From: a virus
Lineage: Duplodnaviria; Caudoviricetes
Strand: one strand, 5' to 3'
IMG/VR virus record: IMGVR_UViG_3300020045_004928
Location: 1 to 60,285 of that record
Length of the DNA: 60,285 nt
Positions 35,558-44,299 of the stretch are shown here, piece by piece; within the stretch, counting starts at the first letter, position 1, and each line of letters begins with the position of its first letter. A model generated the notes under the pieces. It worked only from the letters and a program-made list of their open reading frames with translations, was not told the DNA's origin and did no database searches. Both the position numbers and the translations under genes were made by a program.

Positions 35558-36876
35558 TATTGCTCCTTACGTATCGTTAAAACTGTGGTGTTTATATTGG
35601 TACCGCTTTCGCTAAATGATCCGACAGGCAAATCACTCCACTTACCGTCGAGCAGCTGATGATCGTATCGAGCTGTCACAGGCAGGATGGCTGTCAGAAC
35701 TCCTCCTGGCTTCAAGAACTTCATGGCGTGTTGAACATGCTTGACGTAGTGAAGGCCATAGAAAGGAGGGTTCATTATCACTCGGTCGAAGTCTCCGGTC
35801 GGGACAGTTTCGAGGAAGTTGCCGCAATATACATTGTGGCCTTTGTTCTTGGATTCCGCAGCGCGTTTCGTATCGACTTCAATGCCGTATGCTTTGCCGC
35901 CAGCTGCTCTAATAGCGTCGAGGAAGCGACCGCAGCCGCATGATGGCTCTAGAACTCTTTCGCCTTTGATATTGTAAATATCGTCCATAACAAGTTTTAC
36001 GACTTTTACAGGCGTCGGATAATATTGCAGGTCTTTCGATACTGCTGTACTGGCTTGCTTCTCGGTAGGCTTATCATCAGAACAGTCAGCCAGAACGTCG
36101 CCATAGTATTCGGCAAGCGCCATGTTGATATCTCGCAAAGTGTCAGGCTCAAATATGAGATGTCCGTTTCCATTACCAAAGCGTTTGAGTGTCACGCCTC
36201 TGGCAGGTGTCGGAGCATCTTCATATTCATAAGTTTTACGATTATATTTTTTATGAACACCGCCAGATTTAAGAGCCGTTCCATCTGTAAGAATAGCTTC
36301 CATTTCTCCATGCGATACAAGCGGCTTACCTTGATAGGAAGCAAGAGCATTTAAAACATTCTCAAGGCGATCACGGCCCCAAGAAGAATACCCGCCAACA
36401 TTGGTCAAGATGATACGCTTCGGCAATCCGGACACGCCAATCTTTACCTTGTCGTGCGATTTGTAAGCCTGATCGAGATCACAGAAAACTTCTGCCAATC
36501 CGCGAAGAATGTTTGCGCGAGGATCTGCGATAAAATGTCCGAAGGTGGCGCGTATGTTATCCATGGTGAATGGAGCTGGTGACGCCATAGCCTGATCGAA
36601 ACGACGCTTATCAGCTGCGCTTGCTATCCGCTTAATGTTCAAGCCATCGTAAATATGCTGCCATGCAGATTTGAGAAGAGATGCAGCCATCGTGCTATCC
36701 CATACAGATCCAACGTCAAGAGTTGTATTCCCCCAAGTGCCGCCAACGGTCGATGCGTTTTTGAGATCGTTTCCAGCTGCTTCGAAAGCCGCAATAGTTT
36801 CTTTAATCTGCGAAACTTTCAAATCATATTCTTCGATAACAGCGGCTATGCTCCGGGGTAAGGCTAGTTCGTTCAT
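35557..36876 (-). CDS. DUF4942-like domain fused to a SAM-dependent amino-DNA methyltransferase
   Basis: FGNGNGHLIF; QYYPTP, VLEPSCGCG, MNPPF, FSESGT. Confidence 0.8.
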   Translation of the reverse strand: MNELALPRSIAAVIEEYDLKVSQIKETIAAFEAAGNDLKNASTVGGTWGNTTLDVGSVWDSTMAASLLKSAWQHIYDGLNIKRIASAADKRRFDQAMASPAPFTMDNIRATFGHFIADPRANILRGLAEVFCDLDQAYKSHDKVKIGVSGLPKRIILTNVGGYSSWGRDRLENVLNALASYQGKPLVSHGEMEAILTDGTALKSGGVHKKYNRKTYEYEDAPTPARGVTLKRFGNGNGHLIFEPDTLRDINMALAEYYGDVLADCSDDKPTEKQASTAVSKDLQYYPTPVKVVKLVMDDIYNIKGERVLEPSCGCGRFLDAIRAAGGKAYGIEVDTKRAAESKNKGHNVYCGNFLETVPTGDFDRVIMNPPFYGLHYVKHVQHAMKFLKPGGVLTAILPVTARYDHQLLDGKWSDLPVGSFSESGTNINTTVLTIRKEQ

Positions 36877-37103
36877 TTACCGCCTCTTTTGTGATTTAGG
36901 TTGATCATTATTAGATTAGCAATACAAACAAATATCATGGCGATCAGGCCGCCATATAAGACAATTGCACCGCGAGATGTCTTAGAGCTGAAATCAAGAA
37001 AAAACCAATCCCAGCATATAAACACGCCGATAAAGTATGGGATTGATAAACATGCAGCGTAAATAAGCAGCTGTTGAACTACGGGTATTTTTTTGTAAGA
37101 CAT
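36873..37103 (-). CDS. Small two-TM membrane protein
   Basis: Two hydrophobic segments; RBS gagga. Confidence 0.55.
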   Translation of the reverse strand: MSYKKIPVVQQLLIYAACLSIPYFIGVFICWDWFFLDFSSKTSRGAIVLYGGLIAMIFVCIANLIMINLNHKRGGK

Positions 37104-37146
37104 GGTAAATCCTCAATGAAAATTACATTGAGTTATTTATGAACCA

Positions 37147-37164
37147 TTGCTTAGAGGAAAGCAA
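37147..37164. promoter_or_regulatory. Operator / leftward promoter
   Basis: TTGCTTAGAGGAAAGCAA in an intergenic gap. Confidence 0.6.
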
Positions 37165-37167
37165 CGG

Positions 37168-37344
37168 TTATTTTAATCCCTCTACAATATAGTCAGCCAT
37201 AGTTTTCCTGAAATATTCAGGGTTATGCTCACGCTCGTATTCAAGCCTCATCAACCTTTGATTTTCATGCAGTTTGTCAATGTCAACACCAGCAGCTCGT
37301 ATTGCTTCGTAATTGTTTTTAAAGGTTATGCTTTTGAATGCCAT
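37168..37344 (-). CDS. Hypothetical protein
   Basis: Start at TAATG coupling (MAFKSIT..). Confidence 0.45.
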   Translation of the reverse strand: MAFKSITFKNNYEAIRAAGVDIDKLHENQRLMRLEYEREHNPEYFRKTMADYIVEGLK

Positions 37345-37511
37345 TATTCCCCACAGGTCCAATAAGTCATTATCCCCTTTAGGTCTGTAATGCCCATGCG
37401 CTTGCAACGCTCCAGAAATTCTTCTGGAAGCCTTCTGACTTGATATTTAGCAGACAGAATCTCAAATATATTTGAGTGATCTGATGGTGGATATTCCACG
37501 TGATTTTTCAT
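37344..37511 (-). CDS. Small hypothetical protein (55 aa, not in ORF track)
   Basis: Coupled at both ends. Confidence 0.4.
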   Translation of the reverse strand: MKNHVEYPPSDHSNIFEILSAKYQVRRLPEEFLERCKRMGITDLKGIMTYWTCGE

Positions 37512-37738
37512 TTGAGAGCCTTTGCACCAAATCGATTGAACATATCTTTATCCATCACGATAATAACTTTATCGTTAAACTCTGCCTGAACGTCAGCTCT
37601 GCTTTCGCAAGCCAGATCATAAACAATTTTTGCAGCCGAAGCAGAATCGGTACCCGCAAGAAATTCAATCTTGACTGTTGAAAGCTTGCCCTTTCTCTCT
37701 TCACGGATATTTTTGTGGTATTCTTCAATTGTAGCCAT
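37508..37738 (-). CDS. Hypothetical protein
   Basis: RBS aaggag. Confidence 0.55.
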   Translation of the reverse strand: MATIEEYHKNIREERKGKLSTVKIEFLAGTDSASAAKIVYDLACESRADVQAEFNDKVIIVMDKDMFNRFGAKALK

Positions 37739-37770
37739 TTATTTTCTCCTCTTAGAAATTTCATGGATTG

Positions 37771-38022
37771 TTATTTGTAGTGCTTATCGAGATCTTCTTG
37801 TGAAAGCTCGAAAATGTCGGTTTTGTATTGTCCTGTCCAAGCCAAGAGCAAAACGAAATCAGAATCACCAGCCTCGTATGCCTCGATCAGTTTGTCTTTT
37901 TGAAGTGGACTGCTGTTTTCAAATGAAAAAACTTTATCACCATCCATCAAGATTAATGTCATGCCACCACTGGTTCTAATTTTTATGCCGCCGATATTGT
38001 CTGCAAGTTTTCTAAGTTCCAT
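37771..38022 (-). CDS. Hypothetical protein
   Basis: RBS ggag. Confidence 0.55.
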   Translation of the reverse strand: MELRKLADNIGGIKIRTSGGMTLILMDGDKVFSFENSSPLQKDKLIEAYEAGDSDFVLLLAWTGQYKTDIFELSQEDLDKHYK

Positions 38023-38023
38023 T

Positions 38024-38689
38024 TTATTCTCCTAAATTGTCGATCATGTATTTGATGGAGCCAGCCGAGTATGGCCGACCTGTTGGCTTGCCTTTTTCAA
38101 GAACCGTGAAACCATTATTTTTCATCGTTTCTGCGACCTCTCGCAAAGAAATACCCTGATTTCTAAGTTTTATTGCCATTGCAACTGCTTCTGCTGGAGG
38201 AGGTTTTCGCCCTTCACAGCGTCCAGTTATGGCTCGTTTCTTTTCTTTTCCAGAGTTTAGCTTGGAAACGAGCTGGTTTTTTTCGAACTCGGCAATGGCT
38301 CCAAGCATTGTCGAAAGAAATCTCTGTGTCGGTGTTTCATCATCGAAAGCATCAGGGGCGTTCACCGGGATAACGGAAATTCCGTGTGATTTTAGAAAAG
38401 CCAGGGCATTCATTTGAACCATAAGGTCACGGGCAAATCTATCAGGCGCTTCGACTAAAATTGTCCTAATGCCCTTGTCTCTTATTTCCCAGAATAATTT
38501 CTTAAAAGCGGGCCTTTCCATTGCTGGATCTGCCCCCTTAACGGCAGCATCATAGTATTCTCCGACGATCTCCATCGAGTGCTTTTCTGCATACCGATCA
38601 ACGGCTGCTTTTTGCCGGGATTTTGAGTCTTTATCTTCGCCAACATTGACTTGCGAAGAGGTCCGATAATAGGCGACAACTTTTTCCAT
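38024..38689 (-). CDS. Small serine recombinase (resolvase/invertase family)
   Basis: VAYYRTSS catalytic Ser; RP.F..L; LVE.PDRFARD; C-terminal helix-turn-helix-like segment. Confidence 0.85.
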   Translation of the reverse strand: MEKVVAYYRTSSQVNVGEDKDSKSRQKAAVDRYAEKHSMEIVGEYYDAAVKGADPAMERPAFKKLFWEIRDKGIRTILVEAPDRFARDLMVQMNALAFLKSHGISVIPVNAPDAFDDETPTQRFLSTMLGAIAEFEKNQLVSKLNSGKEKKRAITGRCEGRKPPPAEAVAMAIKLRNQGISLREVAETMKNNGFTVLEKGKPTGRPYSAGSIKYMIDNLGE

Positions 38690-38710
38690 TTTTTACCTTT
38701 CAAAACGCTT

Positions 38711-38826
38711 ATTTTACAGTCAATAGTTTACAAAAAACATGATTATTTACACGTTTAATATCAATAGGTTAGATATTTTACAGGCGTATGATAATTCGGT
38801 TTAAACTAATTCCGAATACTTTACAG
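38711..38826. promoter_or_regulatory. Putative res-like recombinase binding region
   Basis: AT-rich; TTTACA at 38713, 38727, 38746, 38777, 38820; inverted ATTCGG/CCGAAT. Confidence 0.4.
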
Positions 38827-38892
38827 AGAGGGTAAGCGCACAGAAAAACGGCAATTCCTTTAACAAAGTCAAGCACTTAAAGCGAAAACGAA

Positions 38893-39378
38893 TCATAATC
38901 CACCCTCTTTTAGGGCATCTGCCAAAATCGCCTGATTTTTCTCGATTTCATCACCCATTTTTAGGTCCAAAATGAACCTGTAAATCTTTCGCGCCTCGGC
39001 CAAATCTTTGATATCGGAGGTGTGATATTCATAGCCGAGATACCGGGAAATGATTTTATATAATTCTTTCCGGCCAATTCGTTTAGATTTCCATAGCGGA
39101 TCAAGGATTTTGTGGATATGGCCCCGCGCTTCCTTGATCTCCGGAGTGGCGATGCAGCCGAGCGGTCTGGTGAAATCCTTCGTTTTGTGATGGCACCCGA
39201 CAAAATTCAGGCAGACGTCACAAATCCAAAAAGGCACTTCGGCCAGGTCGGGTCGGTGCGGGTACATGGAAAATCCGGTCGTCAGCCGCGCCGGTACCGT
39301 GATCTCGCAGCAGCAGCACCAAATGTCACGAGTTCGTTCAACCTTGACTTTCGGATTTTTCTCCCATCCCTTTTTCAT
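38893..39378 (-). CDS. DUF3268-like zinc-finger protein
   Basis: YPHRPDL..FWIC..C..FVGCH..PLG..A..R..H..DPLW. Confidence 0.7.
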   Translation of the reverse strand: MKKGWEKNPKVKVERTRDIWCCCCEITVPARLTTGFSMYPHRPDLAEVPFWICDVCLNFVGCHHKTKDFTRPLGCIATPEIKEARGHIHKILDPLWKSKRIGRKELYKIISRYLGYEYHTSDIKDLAEARKIYRFILDLKMGDEIEKNQAILADALKEGGL

Positions 39379-39584
39379 TCTTCAATCCTCGGTCTTTTTG
39401 GTAAACGAGTATCAAGCCCCCGGCCTTCGCGACCGTGAGCTTCCCAGATTCCTTGAAGCTTAGTTGCTACGCGGAGCCGAGTTCTGAAATCTCTTAAATT
39501 CGGACCCTCATCACCTGATAACGCCAAAAATGTTTGTTTGTATTCTGCCTCTGACAGATCGATAGTAATTACTCTTCTGGTCAT
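39375..39584 (-). CDS. Hypothetical protein
   Basis: Coupled ORF. Confidence 0.45.
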   Translation of the reverse strand: MTRRVITIDLSEAEYKQTFLALSGDEGPNLRDFRTRLRVATKLQGIWEAHGREGRGLDTRLPKRPRIEE

Positions 39585-40096
39585 GTTCCGCTCCGCATTT
39601 TGGCTTCATGGGCAAGAATACCCGAATCACTCGTAAGGCATCCATCACGGACAAGCTTGTCGCTTACTTCTTCGGGCAGCAGAAAGTTTTCCCAGAACGG
39701 ATATTTGAATATCACGCATTTGAGCTTTTTCTCTCCCATTTCGAAGTTTTTAACGACGCGGTGACTTCCATCAACAATAGTCAGTTCACCTTCTGGCCAG
39801 AGGACCGCAAGCAATGGAGCTGACAGGTATGGATCGCACAATCGATCAAGCCGCGCCTGTTCTATGCCTTGATTAGTTCGCATGTAATCGGAGACTTTCT
39901 TATCAATAGGAAGCCATTGATAAATCAGATCAGCGCATGCAGGGTAATCTGTTACGAAGTGCTGCATTGTCTCGATCAAAAATGACCGAGATTTTCCAGT
40001 GTCATTATCAACGTGAGTAAAAGTCTCTTGTTTGTCTGGAAACTTTAATTGAGCTACAGCCTGTTCTGTTTCTTTACGATGCTTCATCTCTGCCAA
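39581..40096 (-). CDS. ParB/Srx-fold-like protein
   Basis: P.L.V..ELTIVDGSHR. Confidence 0.5.
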   Translation of the reverse strand: MAEMKHRKETEQAVAQLKFPDKQETFTHVDNDTGKSRSFLIETMQHFVTDYPACADLIYQWLPIDKKVSDYMRTNQGIEQARLDRLCDPYLSAPLLAVLWPEGELTIVDGSHRVVKNFEMGEKKLKCVIFKYPFWENFLLPEEVSDKLVRDGCLTSDSGILAHEAKMRSGT

Positions 40097-40446
40097 TCCA
40101 TTCCTGACGCATAAGCATAGGCATCTTTCATATCATCATCGTGGTTTAATCTTCCAGCAGATACCAGTTGGTCAACAATGTTAGAGAAGAATTTATTTAT
40201 AGTTTTCTGAGCATCATTGAATTCTGGAGATCCCATGCTGATGGCAGGTATAGATGGATCTTTGTTTGGAACAATGACGCCAATGCCAGGGTAATATCTG
40301 ACCATTGTTCCCGGAGCCGCGATCACTCGCTCATAATTGGCATCAGCATCGGCATAAAGGTTATTGCCATCCCATCTGTTTTCGACCAGCAACATTCTGT
40401 GGCCGTTCAATGGATCGTAGAACTGCGCAAGATTAACCATTGGCAA
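40084..40446 (-). CDS. Hypothetical protein
   Basis: Operon ORF. Confidence 0.5.
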   Translation of the reverse strand: MPMVNLAQFYDPLNGHRMLLVENRWDGNNLYADADANYERVIAAPGTMVRYYPGIGVIVPNKDPSIPAISMGSPEFNDAQKTINKFFSNIVDQLVSAGRLNHDDDMKDAYAYASGMDWQR

Positions 40447-40675
40447 TGTCCTCTATTTGAAATTTGATTTGGTTTATATTTTCTTGAACATCATTGGCAA
40501 TAACGCTCTCAGCAGCTTGTAGTATCGCCATGCCGCGCTCCAGATAGTCTTTCGCAGCTGCCAGCTCTATTATCCGATGAAGTTTGTATTGTGTTTCTTG
40601 CAAATTGATACAAGACTTAGCCATCTTGCTAAAGAATTCGTTTTGTCTTGCGACTATTTCACTTCCGGTCGTCAT
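40433..40675 (-). CDS. Hypothetical protein
   Basis: Start at MTTGSE after RBS ggag. Confidence 0.5.
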   Translation of the reverse strand: MTTGSEIVARQNEFFSKMAKSCINLQETQYKLHRIIELAAAKDYLERGMAILQAAESVIANDVQENINQIKFQIEDIANG

Positions 40676-40816
40676 GTTGTCTCCTGTAATCCCAGCCCAT
40701 GTATAAGGCGCAGAGGTTGTTGTGTGATTCGGTGAGTTCGCGGATTGCTTCAAGCATTTCCTCTTCGCGTTCTTTTGTCGTCAGGTCAAATACCTGTGGC
40801 GTTCCGCGAGTTCTCA

Positions 40817-41047
40817 TTATTCGATACCTTGGAATACATAGCCTTCATTCTGATAGGCTTTGAGGCACATACGATCTTCGTTTTCTTGCCACTTATATCC
40901 AGCCATACCGAAAGCTATCGATTTGCCACGATGGCCACCGCAAACAACGCTCTTTTTAGTCTTTGGATCTGTTAAGCGCATTTCCTGTGTAGCGCATGCC
41001 GATAATAAAAGGGTTGCCGACACGCATAAGATCAATGTTTTTTTCAT
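40817..41047 (-). CDS. Small lipoprotein
   Basis: MKK..LLLSAC lipobox; two further Cys. Confidence 0.65.
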   Translation of the reverse strand: MKKTLILCVSATLLLSACATQEMRLTDPKTKKSVVCGGHRGKSIAFGMAGYKWQENEDRMCLKAYQNEGYVFQGIE

Positions 41048-41079
41048 TTCTTTATCTCCTGTAAATGATTAGATGATTA

Positions 41080-41146
41080 AAATTAGATCATTGCTTTCTG
41101 AAAAGCAATAAAAAAGATTGACGGGGTATTCGGACAGGTCTATATA
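41080..41146. promoter_or_regulatory. Divergent promoters with operator (switch 2)
   Basis: Palindrome TTGCTTTCTGAAAAGCAA (41091-108); leftward TTGCTT-17-TAATTT; rightward TTGACG-17-TATATA. Confidence 0.7.
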
Positions 41147-41217
41147 GGTTGTAAGGCTCGGTGGTACTTCCCCCTCCATCGAGCCGATTTTTACGGGGAA
41201 CACGAAAGGACTTTAAG

Positions 41218-41382
41218 ATGGCTATTGATTATGAAGAGATATTCAACCGCGAAGAAACCGAGGACTTTAACGACATCGACAGATGCCGCGAGATACTTTT
41301 GTCATTACTTGATGATGAGAATGTCTCGATATGCTCCGAAGCTGGAGCTTTAATTCAACGCGCAGCCGATCTAATCGAATAG
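41218..41382 (+). CDS. Small acidic hypothetical protein
   Basis: RBS gaaagga. Confidence 0.5.
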   Translation: MAIDYEEIFNREETEDFNDIDRCREILLSLLDDENVSICSEAGALIQRAADLIE

Positions 41383-41391
41383 GAGAAAATC

Positions 41392-41595
41392 ATGGTTAAA
41401 GACAATCAAGCGCACCGCGTTTTAAAAATAATCGGCTGGGCTGGCAATCGATACGCCAGAAACGGCAACATCGTTACCAATGTCGGCGGTGTTCCTACCC
41501 GCTTCAAGGTAATCGAAGATCTGGCGTTTATGAAGTACCTGGGCGTTTCGCCTAACTTCCCAAGCCATAACCTTTTGACAGCAGCGAGGGCATAA
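41392..41595 (+). CDS. Hypothetical protein
   Basis: RBS aggag. Confidence 0.5.
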   Translation: MVKDNQAHRVLKIIGWAGNRYARNGNIVTNVGGVPTRFKVIEDLAFMKYLGVSPNFPSHNLLTAARA

Positions 41596-41840
41596 TGACA
41601 ACAGCTCATATAAATCTCAATCACAACCGTAATGAAACTGCGGTCACAAGTGCAGGTGACAGCCCACATAGAGCAATATCGGACACAATCGCAAACTGCC
41701 ATGTGATGCTTTACAAGTTGTATGCTCCGTCAAGCCCGATGTACGGAATCATAGAGAAGCAAATACAGGATCTATTCAAACTCCAGCAAGATCTTGTCAG
41801 AGCTGAGATTAAAAAACTGTCTGCGGGGAAAACAGAATGA
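41595..41840 (+). CDS. Hypothetical protein
   Basis: Coupled ORF. Confidence 0.5.
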   Translation: MTTAHINLNHNRNETAVTSAGDSPHRAISDTIANCHVMLYKLYAPSSPMYGIIEKQIQDLFKLQQDLVRAEIKKLSAGKTE

Positions 41841-42025
41841 ACGATGTAACCGCAACACAACATCCAAACGGACACTGGACTGTTATCGATCACCAGTGCA
41901 TGAACTACAGCTTTCATGGCTCAACTGAAACCGAAGCCCTGCAAGCCGTCTGGCGTTACCGCGCTAAGTATCGCCGCAATCGTAAAGAGTTTTTTAAATT
42001 TCAAGCTGAATTCGGGAGAGCATAA
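41837..42025 (+). CDS. Hypothetical protein
   Basis: Coupled ORF. Confidence 0.5.
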   Translation: MNDVTATQHPNGHWTVIDHQCMNYSFHGSTETEALQAVWRYRAKYRRNRKEFFKFQAEFGRA

Positions 42026-42222
42026 TGATATACGGAATAATCGGAATAATAGCACTGGCCTTGTGCATGTTCTTTTCATCAGCTTTTGGCATGTGCTTGG
42101 AAATGGCCAGTCAAGAAGTTGGACGTAGAAAATCAGATCTATTCAACAGAGCAACGCGAGAATTCTTTCTCGCTGTTCTTTCTTTTGCAATCGGGGTTGT
42201 GCTTTTATGGGTGAAGCCATGA
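42025..42222 (+). CDS. Small two-TM membrane protein
   Basis: Two hydrophobic helices. Confidence 0.5.
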   Translation: MIYGIIGIIALALCMFFSSAFGMCLEMASQEVGRRKSDLFNRATREFFLAVLSFAIGVVLLWVKP

Positions 42223-42539
42223 TCAAAGCCAACGACAACCAGATCCAAGAGCAAAAAGCTTTCTGGACCTATGAGAACGGTGAAGGCGTATGCGATATCG
42301 AATTCGAAACCCGCGCCAAGGCCACAGAGGACGCTCAACAGGATTTCGATGAGCGCTGTATTGAAAATGATCAATACAGCAGCAACGAAGAAGATATTCT
42401 TCTGATCCGCTGCTGGCTTGACGATCAAGGCAATCGCCACGATCTTTACACTATCCAAACGACCCTCAACTATGAATACGAACAAAGCGACTATGAGCAG
42501 CACAACACATTGCACTCAGGCGCGGGAGGTGTTCTATGA
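42219..42539 (+). CDS. Acidic hypothetical protein
   Basis: ATGA coupling. Confidence 0.55.
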   Translation: MIKANDNQIQEQKAFWTYENGEGVCDIEFETRAKATEDAQQDFDERCIENDQYSSNEEDILLIRCWLDDQGNRHDLYTIQTTLNYEYEQSDYEQHNTLHSGAGGVL

Positions 42540-42883
42540 CACGCGGTATAAACGACTTCACCGAAGAAGATGAATGCAATATCGATTTCGAGGAAGGGTG
42601 CAGCGCGAAGCGTGACTTGCTGATCGCAGCCGTAAAAGTTCATGGCGCAATAAGGATTTACGTTTCCGGAGCTATATTCCCTGTTAAGCACGGCGAAGTG
42701 AACTGGAAAAAACTTCCTATCGAAGACTTCGGCAATCTGGGCGATCAATATGTCCTAGCGGCTGGCGACGATCACGACGAGCTGAACGATCTGGTCGATG
42801 GCGTATATTTCGGTGATAAACGCGGCGAGTGCTTCCTTACCACTGACGACTGGCTATCAGAAGAAAAAGGCTTCAAGAAATGA
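42536..42883 (+). CDS. Acidic hypothetical protein
   Basis: RBS ggaggt; coupled. Confidence 0.55.
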   Translation: MTRGINDFTEEDECNIDFEEGCSAKRDLLIAAVKVHGAIRIYVSGAIFPVKHGEVNWKKLPIEDFGNLGDQYVLAAGDDHDELNDLVDGVYFGDKRGECFLTTDDWLSEEKGFKK

Positions 42884-42974
42884 AACACAACATCAAACAC
42901 TTCCTGATCGGCGCGGCCATGACCGCTCTGGTCCTCACATACTACTACCACTGGTTTTTAGAAGGAGCATGCCA

Positions 42975-43256
42975 ATGACCATCGAACCCATCGTTAATGA
43001 CGTAGAGATGCAAGCCGCAATGGATTTGCATGACGAAAATCAGCTCAAGCTGCACTTCCAGAATTATACAGGCGTCATAACCGTATCTCTGGAGGTCGAT
43101 AACAACCGCTTGACCTTGACACTCGATGAGCTGCAAGCCATTGTCGTAAAAACCCGACAATATGAACGCGCAGTAGCTAACCTGACGGCCACAGGCCCGA
43201 AAGTTCCGGAGCTGCACAGATTGGCAGATAGAGTTGAGACAGACTTTCATGGATAA
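42975..43256 (+). CDS. Hypothetical protein
   Basis: RBS gaaggag. Confidence 0.5.
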   Translation: MTIEPIVNDVEMQAAMDLHDENQLKLHFQNYTGVITVSLEVDNNRLTLTLDELQAIVVKTRQYERAVANLTATGPKVPELHRLADRVETDFHG

Positions 43257-43376
43257 GCTAATTTTCAGCATCGGAGGCGTCAGCCTCCGCATGCGTTATC
43301 GCCTACCTGTTAGAGCAAAGCGTCAGACCGCTGAGAATGACAATTCGGCCCTCGGTTTCATGGCCGGAGGCCCGAT

Positions 43377-43574
43377 ATGATTTTTTATCTTGTAATAGTG
43401 TTTCTAGCTTACGGGAATGGCGGCATAACCTCGCAGCAAATTCCCATGCCAGATAATCAGACCTGTCAACAGATCAAAGCGACAATAGAAACCAAAACAG
43501 CTTTATCGGGGTATAGAACCGATGCTTACTGCATAGGCGGCATGCCTTCCGGTAGGAAGATTGCATATGATTAA
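43377..43574 (+). CDS. Small secreted or membrane protein
   Basis: Hydrophobic N-terminus, two Cys; RBS ggagg. Confidence 0.5.
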   Translation: MIFYLVIVFLAYGNGGITSQQIPMPDNQTCQQIKATIETKTALSGYRTDAYCIGGMPSGRKIAYD

Positions 43575-43765
43575 AGACCCCCGCTTACGCCTGACCTGGA
43601 AGGATCACCTATCTCTTGTCGGGATGGCTTTGCTGTATACTGCCTTCGCAATCGCGTTTGGCATCCTAATTGGAACAGGGGTTAATTCCCTGATGAATTT
43701 CCTCTTCCCGTAATGTAAAATTAACCTTCTTGAATTTTTAGATCCATTTGCGGTAACATGACCGC

Positions 43766-44299
43766 ATGGATGAGCCGCAAGCACCCTCAAAACAACCTGT
43801 AGGACGACCGACCGACTATTCGCTTGAGTTGGCGGCAAAGTTCTGTGCCGAGCTGGCCTGTGGTACCTCCGTTATGACCATATGCCTAGATGAATCAATG
43901 CCTTGTAGGAAAACGATATACCTTTGGCTAGCTAAGCACGAAGAATTTTTACACATGTACACACGCGCAAAGGAAGATGGAGCTGATGCTATCTTCGATG
44001 AAACGCTGGATATCGCTGATGATGGCTCAAACGACTGGATGGATATCCGCAACAACAAAGGCGAGGTGATCAAAACGGTCGTGGACAAGGAGGCTGTGAT
44101 GCGCTCAAAGCTTCGTGTCGAAACCCGGAAGTGGTACCTGTCGAAGATCAAGCCGAAGAAATACGGGGAAGCTGTACTCCTCAAGAACCAGCAGCTCGAC
44201 AAGAAAGGCGACCCGACCGATCCAGTGTCGGCTGATTCGTATCTGGCAGATGCCCTAGAGCTTGCGAGGAAAGTAAATGGCCATACTGAGAAGCCTTGA
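43766..44299 (+). CDS. terS: Terminase small subunit
   Basis: GRPTDYS..ICL..MP..TIY.WL..EF..Y.RA; RSKLRVETRKW.LSK..PKKYG. Confidence 0.9.
   Translation: MDEPQAPSKQPVGRPTDYSLELAAKFCAELACGTSVMTICLDESMPCRKTIYLWLAKHEEFLHMYTRAKEDGADAIFDETLDIADDGSNDWMDIRNNKGEVIKTVVDKEAVMRSKLRVETRKWYLSKIKPKKYGEAVLLKNQQLDKKGDPTDPVSADSYLADALELARKVNGHTEKP

Noticed and set aside
38024-38689. Gin/Cin-type tail-fibre invertase system
   Set aside because: The recombinase is far from the tail genes, and I saw no inverted tail cassette or flanking inverted sites
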